DNA from: Octopus bimaculoides
Taxonomy: Eukaryota
Assembly (NCBI RefSeq): GCF_001194135.2
Contig: NC_068987.1
Span: 107,980,231 to 108,035,216 of the forward strand
DNA: 54,986 bases
Direction: 5' to 3'
Part shown: positions 26,463 through 39,381 of the stretch, one piece after another
Layout: each line of letters opens with the position of its first letter
Position numbering within the stretch: the stretch's first letter is position 1
The notes under the pieces: model-generated
Database searches by the model: none
Told to the model about the DNA's origin: nothing
Seen by the model: the letters and a program-made list of their open reading frames with translations, nothing else
Program-made: the position numbers and the translations under genes

Positions 26463-26633
26463 TGTATGTATGTATGTGTGTATGTATGTATGCATACATG
26501 CATCTGTCTTTGTATACACACACACTCACACACACAGACACACACAAACACACACACACACACACACACAAATACATACATACACAAACACATATCCACA
26601 TACAAGCACGCACAAACACACACACACACGCAA

Positions 26634-26664
<31 letters not shown>

Positions 26665-26814
26665 CATACACACACACACACATATATATATATAATATTC
26701 TTGTCAATGAATAATAAATTTGTACTCAAAAGAACGGAGTAATCCTTCAGATTGATGTAAAATTGTTTTTACATATAATCGTGTGTGTATGTATATACTT
26801 ACACGTATGTATAG

Positions 26815-26846
<32 letters not shown>

Positions 26847-27083
26847 GTTTGTATGAGTCTGTGTGTGTTTGTGTGTGTGTTTGTGTGTGCGTGCATGTGT
26901 GTGTGGTAGGTTCCACAGACAGTAGAATTGAGGCAAGATAAGCGGATTATTAATGGTTAGCCTCCCATTCTATAAACAATAGCACTCGTTCACACACACA
27001 CACACATACAGATTCTAATGACTTTAACCGCATTCATTGATGACGTATGAAGAGAAATAAGGAGAGTTGGATTTGTACATTAC

Positions 27084-27126
<43 letters not shown>

Positions 27127-28480
27127 CGCTCTCACTGTTTCCCTCACTCTCTTATTTCCTTATGCGTATACACACACGTCAAGAACACATCCAGGCTTGA
27201 AATCAACCGACGAAGAAATGGAAAAGAGGACTACGTATTGCTTGTGTATGCGGGTATTGTGTGCTTCTGAACATCAATTTTAGAACATGTGTGATTGCAT
27301 AAAATAATTGTATGCTTTGGAAATCGATGAAACTCGAAATGTTGATTGTTACAAAGTCAGCTCAGTGTTGAAAATGTAACATGAAGGCGGTGTACAAACG
27401 GTAAAAGCATACAAAGTCAACGGTTTGCAAAATGAAACCTGATTTTACACTCCACTTAAAACTGACTCCGGAAAATGCATTTGCGCCTGATTTTCACATT
27501 GAATATTCTATTTCAAATATGGAATCAGCTGAAAAGAATCAAAAAAGACATTGTAAGTTTAGTTCAATGCCCTCTGTTGCTGTGGTCAGGTTATCTACCT
27601 GCTTTTACGAACAGAGCCCAATCAATCCCACCCGTATCGTTTGCCGTTCTCCCTCCTAAAGGCCTTTCTTCAGATATCATAGATATTATCAAAAGCTTTC
27701 TCATTCCTAATACATAGAAATACACACCCTTTTGAAGTGAAGGAACATGCTGATCAGCTGAATTAGAACTAAACGCGTCAAAAGACAGAACTGCCAAACT
27801 GAAAGAAGCCATCAGCAACCAACATGGAGAAGCAGCACAGATTACTCTGCATCTCACATCTTTCTTTTTTCTTTCTGCACATACATACACATGCGCACAC
27901 AAAAACACACATACATGCTCTCACAAAGATACATACATGCATTCATATATATAATACACGACATATAACTAATTCTTTAGGGCACAAAATATTACATTTC
28001 ACTCCGATACTTCGACTCAAACAATGAATCCATGGTCACATCAACACATTCATATAATGTAGGAGTATATCGGCTACAACAATAGTAGACACTCGTTCAC
28101 AAACACACACACATATATATATATATATATATGGGGTGGTGGTTATTCCTGGGATATTTGCAAGGAACTGCGTTCACCATGGATTGGTTAATATCGTAAT
28201 CATTTTATTTGAGAATGCTTGTACGTCTACAAATTTGTAGATATAAATATACATGTATATGAATATGAAATATATGTTTATATTATAAATTGAATTTGAA
28301 CATTAAGTTACTAAATGTTGCCGAAATAACATTGAAGTGATGTTATCTATTTAATATCATATAATATAATTTCAGCAAGTATTTGCTGGTACAGTGGAGA
28401 TGAAACAATAGCAGTATTATGTGATAAAACGTGTTTGCTCAATCAAATCTCTCGGTTACATACACACCCACACGAACGCT

Positions 28481-28527
<47 letters not shown>

Positions 28528-28689
28528 ACACACATACACACACACGCACATACATGCATGCATACATAGATATATATACATACACATACGTACATATATG
28601 CGTGTGAATTTCTCTAAACCTACATGTATATATGTATGTGTGGTTTATGTGCGTGTAGGCTTCAAATCGGATGAAGAAATTGTTACTAA

Positions 28690-29140
28690 GTAGAACTGTT
28701 TTGCATCAGCCTAGTTTTGTTTTGTGTGGCGTATATAAGAGAGTAGGCTGTAAAGTACTTCGGTGGACTGTGAAGATGTGGTGCTAGAGCATGACATCTT
28801 GTATACATTAACTTCAAATTTTCTTATTAATAGTTATGTTGTTTTTCTTTCCAGATACTCACATGACTGTTCAAAGATGTCTTCAAAAGTAAGTAGTAGC
28901 GACTTCTCTTGAAAACATGATGTTAAAGTATCGGCACAAAAGGGTTTATACCCCAAGCACATTCATGCGTACATGGTTACTACACGAGGGGATCACTCTC
29001 CAGCATTAACAACAATGCAAAAGTAGGCAGCTAACTTGAATGTCACCCAAGGTCAGGACATCCTGTATGAGCTACCACCGAGGAATACATTAGTCATGAT
29101 CACCACATGGCGATGGATAACTGACGATTATCAACAGCAG
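28690..29140 (+). mobile_element. Mariner 5' fragment (same family as 51078-52300)
   Basis: KGLYPKHIHAYMVTTRGDHSPALTTMQK*AA and PRSGHPV*ATTEE; nucleotide similarity to the reverse complement of 52090-52260 (gcgacttctctt, aagggttt, cattcat). Confidence 0.8.
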
Positions 29141-29792
29141 TATTGCTGCACTATGCATTTCAAGAGTTTCCGGGAGATGTCTGTCTTTATTGGAGAACTG
29201 ATGGGTCACTCTTTGATCTTTCTAGACTTCGGGCCAAGACAGTCATCCTCACTCAGGAGGGCGCAGTGAAAGGCCATATCAAGCTTGATGATAAAGAGTC
29301 TGAGACAGTGGACAGGTTCTGCTATCTGGGGTCTACCATTTCCTCTCCTGCTTCACTTGATGATGAGATTAACGTCAGGATAGGGAAGGCAGCAACAACT
29401 TTTGGAAGGCTGACAAAACGAGTTTGGAAGAAGAAGAGATTAGATATAAAGACAAAGGTCAGGATTTATGAAGCATGTGTCCTCAGCACACTCCTCTGTG
29501 GATCTGAAACATGGACCTTGTACAGCAGACAGGAAACGTGCCTCAGCATTTCTCATCTCAGATTCATCCGCAAGATCTTAGGCCTAACATGGCGTGACAA
29601 GGTCACCAAAGTCGAAGTGCTGGCGTAGGCGAATCTTCGAAGCATGACAGCTATCTTGTGTATGAGAAGACTGAGGTGGCTGAGGCATGTCAGGAGAATG
29701 GATGACATATCGAATCCCGAAGCAACTTCTCTTTGGAGAACTGGCCCAGGGCAAGAGACCAAGACGAAGACCAAAACTGAGGTATAAGGACA
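29140..29792 (+). mobile_element. RTE-clade LINE ORF C-terminal fragment with internal deletion
   Basis: ORF 29143-29628: YRTDGSLF-like start, FCYLGSTIS, EINVRIGKAATTFGRLTKRVW, LDIKTKVRIYEACVLSTLLCGSETWT; followed by RRLRWL.HVRRM and RPKLRYKD. Confidence 0.92.
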
Positions 29793-29824
29793 TACACAAA
29801 CACACACACACACACACACACACA

Positions 29825-29874
<50 letters not shown>

Positions 29875-31659
29875 AATATCTATATATCTATTTACGTGTG
29901 TGAGTGTATGTATATATGTATATGTGTATATGTGTATATGTATATGTATATGTATATATGTATATATGTGTATATGTATATGTATATGTATATATGTATA
30001 TGTGTATATATGTATATGTGTATATGTATATGTGTATATGTGTATATATTTAGAGTTATTAATATTTCTAAGTCTCTCTAAAGGAGACTACGGCAGCGGT
30101 ACTGGAAATTAATAGTTATCGCCAAGCCAACATGGCAGTCCCATATATATACATATATACACACAAACACATACATATATACATACACACACACACAGAT
30201 AAATAGATATTTGTATATATNNNNNNNNNNATGTATGTATGTATGCATCCTTGTATATGTAACTATTTGTAAATGCTATATGTAAGCATTTACTGTATCG
30301 ATCATGGAGTATATGTGCATTAGTCATTGTGCGTGTATATATGCTGTAGTCATCTGATTAAGTAGTTCGCTACGGAAGCGTAAATTCCCATTCGCTGGTT
30401 CGATCACAATGCATGAATCCTGGTTACGTATTGTGAATGATATTAGGTACTCAGAAATGTATAAACCCTCCAGTGATCTACACTTGTGATACGAGAGCAG
30501 GGCTACTTATACGATGTCTGCTTTACACTGCTTAATAATTACATTAATAAAAGAGTCTATAGACTTCTCAATGAAATACACCCTATTTCAAGGAGTATCC
30601 AATTAAATTCATTGGACTAGCGTAATACTCATTGGCATAGTCGACAAATAATTTGCTTTAAATTTACACAGAGGCGCACACTTATGCACACGCATATACA
30701 CACACACATCTATAGATCTAATGTACACACACGATATAATATATANNNNNNNNNNNNNNNNNNNNNNNNNNNNNNNNNNNNNNNNNNNNNNNNNNNNNNN
30801 NNNNNNNNNNNNNNNNNNNNNNNNNNNNNNNNNNNNNNNNNNNNNNNNNNNNNNNNNNNNNNNNNNNNNNNNNNNNNNNNNNNNNNNNNNNNNNNNNNNN
30901 NNNNNNNNNNNNNNNNNNNNNNNNNNNNNNNNNNNNNNNNNNNNNNNNNNNNNNNNNNNNNNNNNNNNNNNNNNNNNNNNNNNNNNNNNNNNNNNNNNNN
31001 NNNNNNATATATATATATATATATACATACATACATACATAGATGCGCAGAAACTCATCATCTTGCTATATATTATGCGTGTTCATATAATTATACGAAC
31101 GGCCATACACGCAGGAATTTATATATTTTTATATAGGTGTATACATATATATTTGCATATATATGTACATATATATATAAGCATATATATGTATATACAT
31201 ATATATGTATATATATATATGTATATATGCATATATATGTCTGTATGTTTGTATGTATATATGTGTATGTGTATCTTTATTTATGCATATGCATACATAC
31301 ACGTCAAGAGGGTGTAAACGTGAATTTCCTCTATCAGGTCTCCATTCAATCGAAAGTTAGAAATATGAGAATAAGAATGAGAAAGAAAAAAAAAGAGTAA
31401 AATCAGAATAGAATCTAATTAAAGTAACATCTCAATGTGTACGTCACTTCCGGCTATAGTTGTTTACCGCTTGACTAACAAAGGAACATTGTTAAGAACA
31501 TTGTCAACAACAACATCATATATAACAAAAGACAACAAATATATCGAGAAACAACAAATATCTCATGTGATGAAGCCAGTACCAACAACATCAAGAACAT
31601 CGACTTCAACTGATGCAAATAGTTAAAGAATTGTAACAAAGGCAGCAAGGACTACGGCG

Positions 31660-31924
31660 TCGTCATCATCAACAACAAGAACAACAACAACGACAGGAAG
31701 CAGAAAATCAGGAGGTGTAGTAGCTGCAACAACAAGAATGGTAACAACAGTATCAACAACAACAATAAAGACCACAGCAGCAGCAGCAGCAACAACAAGA
31801 GACAAGAACAACGGCAGCAATAATAATAATAATAATGACAACAACAAAGACAGCAGCAGTAATTCCGAATACTACTACTACTACTACTACCACCAGCAAC
31901 GCCACCACCATCACCACCACCACC

Positions 31925-31964
<40 letters not shown>

Positions 31965-32075
31965 GCAACACCACCACCATCACCACTACCATCACCACCA
32001 CCACTACTACTACTACTACTACCACTACCACCAGCAACACCACCACCATCACCACCACCACCACCACCACCACCG

Positions 32076-32117
<42 letters not shown>

Positions 32118-32120
32118 AAG
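31660..32120. repeat. Trinucleotide low-complexity tract with a higher-order (TAC)n-caccagcaac-(CAC)n unit repeated three times
   Basis: Direct inspection of 31868-32118. Confidence 0.9.
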
Positions 32121-32759
32121 AGGATTTAGTGGTAGCAACGGTGATAACTTCAGCAGAAATAGCAGCCAAATCACTTTCAACTGGCATCCTTCTTACTTAA
32201 TATCAGAATGACTAAATCGGTAATGTAATAGGTATATTCAATACAATATTAGTCTATGTCAAATATATTAGGATGTGATTGTCACGGTTGCAATATTTTT
32301 GATTAGTGCTGATTTGGTGATATAGAAAATGATAACGACTGCAGAACTCAACTAACCAACGTGAAAATATGTATGCAGGCGCTGATCTGCTAAAATTTAC
32401 AGCCAATGTTTCCGAAATTATGCCTTCTTAAAATACGAAGCACAAAGCATATGTGGTGTAATATCCTCGGCTCTGAACCCGGAATAAATTTGCACTTCTC
32501 TTGAGGTACAAACGGATCATGAGAATAACAATAAACTGATGTACAGTTTAATTGCATCGTTAGAATTTAGCTGACAAAGGCAATCAGTCCAGTTGACTAT
32601 TCTTCTTGCTTTCTTGCTAATAAATTCTATATAAGCTATATTCAAGGCCACCATATGTAAATCAGTGATTACGCCAACCGGTTAATGAATTTATATCCGC
32701 TAATATAAGACAAGTAAATGACATGCAATTTCTTACTTCTGAAAGAACGAGTTCCTTAC

Positions 32760-32801
32760 CTTGTTGATACCATTCATGTTCTGAGTATACTAAACCAAAT
32801 C
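32760..32801 (-). other. Candidate 42-nt symmetric (phase 1-1) exon
   Basis: Minus-strand acceptor catctcttcatttaag|, donor aag|gtaagg; open frame FGLVYSEHEWYQQ. Confidence 0.22.
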
Positions 32802-33744
32802 CTTAAATGAAGAGATGAATTTGTTCAATAAGTTCAGAGCATATATGGCAAAGTACTTTTCGTGCAAAGAAAATATTCTTGGTGAGTATTGTGACATATC
32901 TTTAAAATTAGAATCCAAATTCTAAGAATGACATATTCAAATGAATAATCACGGAACATCTGAAAAAGCTGAAGAGAAAGGCTAAAGGTTACTTCTTAAG
33001 TCTCGGTTGCAATAAAACACACTGCTATCAGTTTACTGTAAATGCTAGGTTGATGCAGACTGGTGAATGTGCAAGACAAACCGGTACAATTCCAGATCGA
33101 TGATTCTACACTGGAAGTATTTTCTGAAGGAACGGTGTGTACTGATTGCTTTCAAATTCATGCCTTATACAACGGGTTAATGCACCAGTTTTACGAACAT
33201 CAAGGCTTTTCCCATCGACAAAGCATTTTGCGTCAGCCTTTCCAGTGTTGCTAGAGATAAAATCGTAAATCGGAGATTTAATTTAAAACACCTAAACATG
33301 GTCTTCCTTGTGTAGTTGCTAATACTTTCAGGAGAATTAGCAAAAGTAAAGAAAAGAAGTAGAAAAAAACTAAAGACTAAGATTTCATCCAATTTTACTG
33401 TGTCATATTCACTGATTTGGCCACTTAATACCTTATAAAGCTGGATAATGAGCTTAAAGGCAATTAGCCAAACATCACACGAAGAATTAAATTGATCTCC
33501 AAATAAATACCTTACTTGTGATAATTTTTTTAATTCTTTAGCATTAAGAGTACATACCAATCTATTAGAATAATCAAAGTTTACATCGGAACAATAAGAT
33601 TCGAGTCCTTAGCAAGACTGTATCAGAACAAAGTATGGAATGATCATTGGGGGACCATGCTTTTTTCTTAGGACTCCTCTCAAATTGCTACCTGGAACCT
33701 TCAGCACGAAATCTGCACTATATCTGAATATATAGTAATGGTTT

Positions 33745-33903
33745 CAAATCTTGGCCCCAAGGCCAGCAGTTTTCCGGTGAGGGTTAGGTCGATTACATCG
33801 ACCCCAGGGTTGACTGATACTTCATTTTATTGATCTAGAAAGGAGGACAGGCAAAGTGAATGTCGGTGGAATTTGAATTCAGATTGTAAAGACAGACCGA
33901 ACA
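33745..33903 (-). mobile_element. SINE family A, 5'-truncated
   Basis: gtcgattacatcgaccccag...ggcaaagtgaatgtcggtggaatttgaattcag. Confidence 0.78.
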
Positions 33904-33904
33904 A

Positions 33905-34503
33905 GTGTCGTAAAGACCGACACTTTATATTCCTGGTTGTCAGTTCCTGACAATAATCACGAAGCTTGTCTTCCAGCTTTCCTCTACAACGACATGGGTT
34001 TTGCTCTGGTAAAATCCACGGTGTTTCGCTGCCTCTACAATTTTCAATCCCTTTCATAGACAAATCCACGTGAAAGGTTGTTCCCAAGTGGCTCCTACAA
34101 CTATACACATTTATGTATATATGGCAGCTGGGATTTCTGTCCTTCACCAGTAGTCTAGTATCTTAGCCTTTATACGCACGGTTTTGTAGACTCCTCAGTT
34201 CATCAGCATTTGAATATATATACACTGACTAAACTTGATCTCCGAAATGTTATTTACTGTCAATTCCAGGGATTTAATGCTCTTTAAACTGTGTTGCAAA
34301 GGTGAGAGCAAAACCCTCAGTTTAGTACAGCTGCAGAAAACAGTGTTAGTGGGGACAGCTAGGATATTTAGAAGTGTTCTTGGCATCTAAGGTTACTTGC
34401 TGTAACCCGATAGGAAGGTCCTTTGCATCTAAGTTAACTTCTTGTAGCCCTATGTTAGGATTCTGCTAACGAATCGACCAGCTCACTGCCTAATAATAAT
34501 AAT
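33905..34503. mobile_element. R4/Dong-like LINE pieces: RLE-region fragment on minus (33905-~34290), C-terminus plus 3'UTR and (TAA)4 on plus (~34300-34503)
   Basis: Plus strand: VQLQKTVLVGTARIFRSVLGI* then taataataataat. Minus strand: IKAKI and frameshifted WDFT..HVV.E...VIIV remnants. Confidence 0.6.
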
Positions 34504-34509
34504 GTGCAT

Positions 34510-35405
34510 TAATGAGTACAGTGTTAGAGAAAATAGCATCGACAGATTATAAGAAAGCCTATGGCATAATCCCACACTCATAGATAAGTGAAAGTTTGAG
34601 TATATTCAATATTGCAGATAGCATAAGCTAATTAATTAACTTTAGCATGAAGAAACGGAAAGTAGAGTTCTACTCAGATGACACAGTCTTAGGGAAAGTT
34701 AATATCAAGAGAGGAATTTTCCAAAGAGAATCGTAATCCCCTTTAATATTTGTCTATATTTGATCCCCCTCAGTTTATTATTAAGGCAGGCAAAGACAGT
34801 GTATCAGTTCAGAAATAGTAAAGGAAAACTTAACCATTTGCTCTGAAAGTATAATCTGAAGCTTTTTTAGTATGCATGATAAAGGGATAGATTCCTTAAT
34901 ACAGACTGTAAGACTCTTCAGCAAAGATATAGGCATAGAATTTGGCATAAGTAAATGTGCAATATTAGTCATAAAAAGGGGACATATAGTCAATAATGAA
35001 GGCATCCAATTACCAAATGGTCAGACATTAAAAACCATTAAAAGAAGGGGAGAGTTATAAGTGTCTAGGAATATTAGAATTTGACAGAATATTAACTATA
35101 GAAATGAAAACGAAAATTGAGAAGAAGTACATCAGAAGGGTGAGGAAACTAATGAAGTCGAAGGTAAATGGTCCGAATCTAGTGAATGTTGTTAATAGTT
35201 GGATAGTATCATTACTTAAATTCTCAGCAGCCTTTATAGAACAAAATCTGAGTTAGCAAAGCTAGACAGAAGAACTAGGAAGGAATTCAATATGAATGGA
35301 AGACTCCACCCAAGGGCAGGAGTAGAAGGATTATACATACATAGGAAGGAAAATGGAAGAGGGTTAATATCAGTAGAAGGCTGCTTGTAGTTAGCTAGAG
35401 TAGCC
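34510..35405 (+). mobile_element. R4/Dong-like LINE reverse transcriptase pseudogene
   Basis: DYKKAY, LGKVNIKRGIFQRES*SPL, NHLL, IDSLIQTVRLFSKDIGIEFGISKCA, K..GILE, RRVRKLMKSK.NG.N and LHPRA..EGLYIHRKENGRGLISVE. Confidence 0.88.
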
Positions 35406-35504
35406 GGAAAGTTAGCCTGAAACAAGTTACTGAAAGAAGCTGCAATGCATCTGACAAATATTTCTAAGTGAAACATTGCTGGTTTTCTTCAGGACATATG
35501 TAAC

Positions 35505-35700
35505 GAGTATTCTTCTCAAAAGAGCTTATTTTGCTGGGATGATGGATAGTGTCAGCTCTCTACAGCCATCAGATTGAGGTAACACTTGTTTACTGGTCAT
35601 GCTTCAAGAACTCTGCGACGAATACTTACATTTCCCACTATCTACAAAAAAGGAGCTTTAAGATTACCTTGAAAATACTCCAATCTGGTATTATCTGGTA
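35505..35700 (-). mobile_element. R4/Dong-like LINE 3' end (short copy)
   Basis: Highly similar to 37125-37240 (ttattttgctgggatgatggatagtgtcagctctc...gaatacttacatttccc); ends GNVSIRRRVLEA*. Confidence 0.8.
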
Positions 35701-36843
35701 TCTCGTACAATATCAGAGGCTACAATAGTAGAGACATGTCCCAAAATATTTTCTGTTTTGCTCACATCATGCCTTATTTTGAACCCGTGTGAGACGTTAC
35801 GTTTTGAAGACTCTTGTATTCTCATAAAGATAAATGATTGCCCAATAATATTGAAAATACTGATAGAGAAAGACAATAGGAAACAAAGGTTCTGCCAATG
35901 GTAATAAGGAATAGTTGTCTGGTGTAGCACTGCAAACTACATTTCGTTTGCTGCCGGTGGAATACGAAATATACACTACGTTTCTGATTGCCTTCCACTT
36001 ATATTGCGGGAATGTGGTGCATCGAATAGGGGCAGTGAAATTCTTCGGTGTTTCATGAGGAACGATGCATCACAAATTTCTTAAGGAGGAATTTTCAGAT
36101 GGTGACAGACTATCGATGTGACTATAACCTATAGTCTGTCACCCGAAGTTCATTGGATTTCTGATTCCATTTTCTTCTCCTCGATTAGCTCACTATCTTA
36201 TGCTTTTTCTTTCCATCGCATCTATCAATATCACATTTGTTTGCGTCATAAAACCATGAACTTCACATACTGTGTGTTGTATACGTCTTGGCATTTGCTC
36301 ATATATTTTCATTTGTGTTTTGTTTTATCATTTTGCCGTTCATAGCAATTTATCACACCTCTCCAGTCTCCATTTGTTCCGTAATATCGGAAGAAGACAA
36401 TGAGGCAGTACAGCTGGAAGGCGAACTATCATGCCATAACCCTGCTATGCTTTGTATTAATTCAAGATTTACCTAATTCCTGAGTAAATGGACGCACAAG
36501 CAACATATTTATAATGATAACAAATTAGATAAATTGCGCAGAGCCGAGGCTCTTATTAGAAATGCAATGATGTGTTAATAACGTAATAACATGAATGGAA
36601 ATGGCGTCAAATTGGAAATAAATTGGGGTCGTAGAGGCAAAGCACTGCAAGCGGTTTCGATTCTAGGACTCTCAGCACTGCTTTTCATCATAATGTTTTG
36701 TTAGATTAGGATATGGCCTCTCATTTATAGAAAAAGTAACATTAGATGTTTCGGTGTTCTTCCTCGCTTTCCTATAAAGTAATGAAAATATAATAGCTAT
36801 AAACAGGTTCTTAAGCATTAGCAGTAAGCAGTGTAAACTATTA

Positions 36844-36913
<70 letters not shown>

Positions 36914-37031
36914 CATTATTCGCTTAACTGCTCCTGATTTACCAATTTCACGTCTGATCTACATCCTACAGCTTAGAGACGTAACACTTCCAATTATCAT
37001 TATTTTATTATTGTTGTTGTTGTTATTGTTA

Positions 37032-37090
<59 letters not shown>

Positions 37091-37109
37091 ATTATTATTA
37101 TTATTACTA

Positions 37110-37555
37110 TGTGATGAAACTCAGCTTATTTTGCTGGGATGATGGATAGTGTCAGCTCTCCACAGCCAGCAGATTGAGGTGACACTTGTTTTCTGTTCAT
37201 GCTTCAAGAATCCTGCGAAGAATACTTACATTTCCCAGCAATGCTGATTTTTTGTAGGTATTTTACTTTTAAATTTGTACCAATCTTTTTCAGCCATGTT
37301 GGTAGTTGAGTGCTGAACTTCCAAGTGCACCAATTACTATTGATATCACGTCTACTCTCCTCATTGACCATATCCTTGTTATTCCCCATTTCAAACCATC
37401 ATAGTTGTTTGTTTTTTTCTTCCTCTTTTTCATCGATTCTATTGTCACCGGGGCTTGCTATTTCAATTATCATGCGTTTTTTTCTTATTTGTTCACTACA
37501 ACAATGTCCGTTTTCCGGTGTTTGGTCAGGGGATCGCACTGAATCATTACATTTG
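37110..37555 (-). mobile_element. R4/Dong-like LINE 3' end with RLE endonuclease remnant, inside a (TAA)n array
   Basis: Minus strand: MIQCD..KHRKTDIVVVNK..IIEIASPGDNRIDEKEEEK..LKWGITRIWSMRRVDVISIVIGALG..LGNVSILRRILEA*. (TTA)n arrays lie at 37020-37108 and 37560-37650. Confidence 0.88.
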
Positions 37556-37558
37556 TTG

Positions 37559-37650
<92 letters not shown>

Positions 37651-37652
<2 letters not shown>

Positions 37653-37865
37653 AGGCGGCGAGCTGGCAGAAACGTTAGCACGCCGGATGAAATGCTAGCG
37701 GTATTTCGTCTATCTTTACGTTCTGAGTTCAAATTTTGCCATGGTGGACTTTGCCTTTCATCCTTTCGGTGTCAATAAATTAAGTACCAGTTGCATGCTG
37801 GGGAGGATCTAATCGACTTGTCCCCTCCCCAAAAATTTCAGGCCTAATGCCTAGAGTAGAAACAA
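37651..37865 (+). mobile_element. SINE family A, full length
   Basis: aaggcggcgagctggcagaaacgttagcacgccggatgaaatgc...ctgagttcaaattttgcc...caggcctaatgcctagagtagaa. Confidence 0.92.
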
Positions 37866-37937
37866 CAGTTTGTAGTTTGCTCCTACAGTGTTAGCCAGAG
37901 CAAGTGAAGTCTAGAGCTTTGAGAAATGAAATCACCA

Positions 37938-37981
<44 letters not shown>

Positions 37982-39337
37982 ATAATAATAATATGGACAG
38001 CAACAACAACTCACATATATATGTCTGTATATTACACACGTGTGTTTATGTGTGTGTGTTTGCAGACAGACAGGTGTACTCGTAAGCAGGCAGGCAAATA
38101 ATCATATATTCAAGATTTATTGGATCGCTACGTTCCTTTCTCAACAATGAACCAACACTGTCTTCTTTTCCCCTATGACATAACATAAGGATATAAATTC
38201 GAGACGTACTAAATGGGTTTTTTTTTTCTCCTTTAAGTCTGGTGGTGACGAGAAATCTTGTCTGTTGTTTTCCCTATAGTTACATGACACAGCGTGTTGT
38301 CAATGTTTCTCTCTTTTATTATTGTTTTTTTCGCTTTCTTGCACTTTCTGTCTTTAATTATATTTCTTAACTCACTTTCTCTCGCCATCTTTTTCTTCTC
38401 TCTGTTTCTCTTTTCTTAACTTTACAACTAATTGCTTTTCTTATTTCCGTTTTGGAACCCCCATAAACACATAAACACCTCCTACCAACTCAAATTCCGT
38501 CTTGTAATTATCATATATATACATACACACACATACATAAATATATATAGATAGATACATACATACATACATACATACATCCATATATATATGCACATTT
38601 ATTTATCTCTCTTTCTCTCCCCCACTCTCTCTCTCTCTCTCTCACTGTATGTATATATGGAGTGACAGACAGAGTCACTCGTTGACACGCAGTGATACAA
38701 ACGTGCGCTCACGTACAGATTAATATATCCACGTATATATATTTATGTGGCACATCTTTCTGTCTCTTCATAATAGGTTATGTATTTCATTATCTCTTTC
38801 CCTATATCTAACTAAGTATCTATCTTATCTCTTCCTCCATCTTTCACGCTCTCTACCTATCTATTAATAATTTCTTGAAGCATCTGTAAGACTAATCATC
38901 CATTGTTAAAATTCTGCTGGTTGATTACAACAAAGATGATTTTTTTCCCCTTTCTATTGTTTGTCTATGTATATTATACAAGTATGAGTTGAAAATAAAT
39001 CATTAATTAAATAAATAAATGAATGAATAAGTGAATAAACAAATAGCAAAATATTGATCATGTGTCGTCGCTAGCCGATTAGAGATGTTGACACATTATC
39101 AGCATTTTCAATTTTTGAGTCTACCATTATTCTGCTATAACCCTTTGCATAATCAACAGAATTAAATGAACCAGCCAGCCTATGTATCAATACTTTTCGT
39201 GCACGAAATAGCAGGTCAACCTTATATGTATCACCGTACCCACAATGCCAGATATTTTTTATTAGAATCTTAAGAACATGTAAGGATTATATAGTCATGA
39301 AGTTTTTTTCTGGTATTGATTCTTTTTTTCATTTCAG

Positions 39338-39381
39338 AAAGACCATTGGAAAAAACAAGCGAGTTATTTGAGCTCGGAAAT
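39338..39381 (+). other. Candidate 44-nt exon
   Basis: Acceptor gattctttttttcatttcag|, donor aat|gtatgt; two frames are open (KDHWKKQASYLSSE or RPLEKTSELFELGN). Confidence 0.22.

Noticed and set aside
27300-27850. YALEIDETRNV and PFEVKEHADQLELEL, resembling a very old hAT transposase
   Set aside because: Similarity is too weak to call without a search, and no TIR or TSD was found.
31738-32200. Poly-Thr/His/Val ORFs resembling a mucin
   Set aside because: Pure trinucleotide repeat with no splice or domain context.
33040-33260. VNVQDKPVQFQIDDST resembling a Gypsy aspartic protease motif
   Set aside because: The catalytic DTG is absent and no adjacent gag or RT motifs were recognised.
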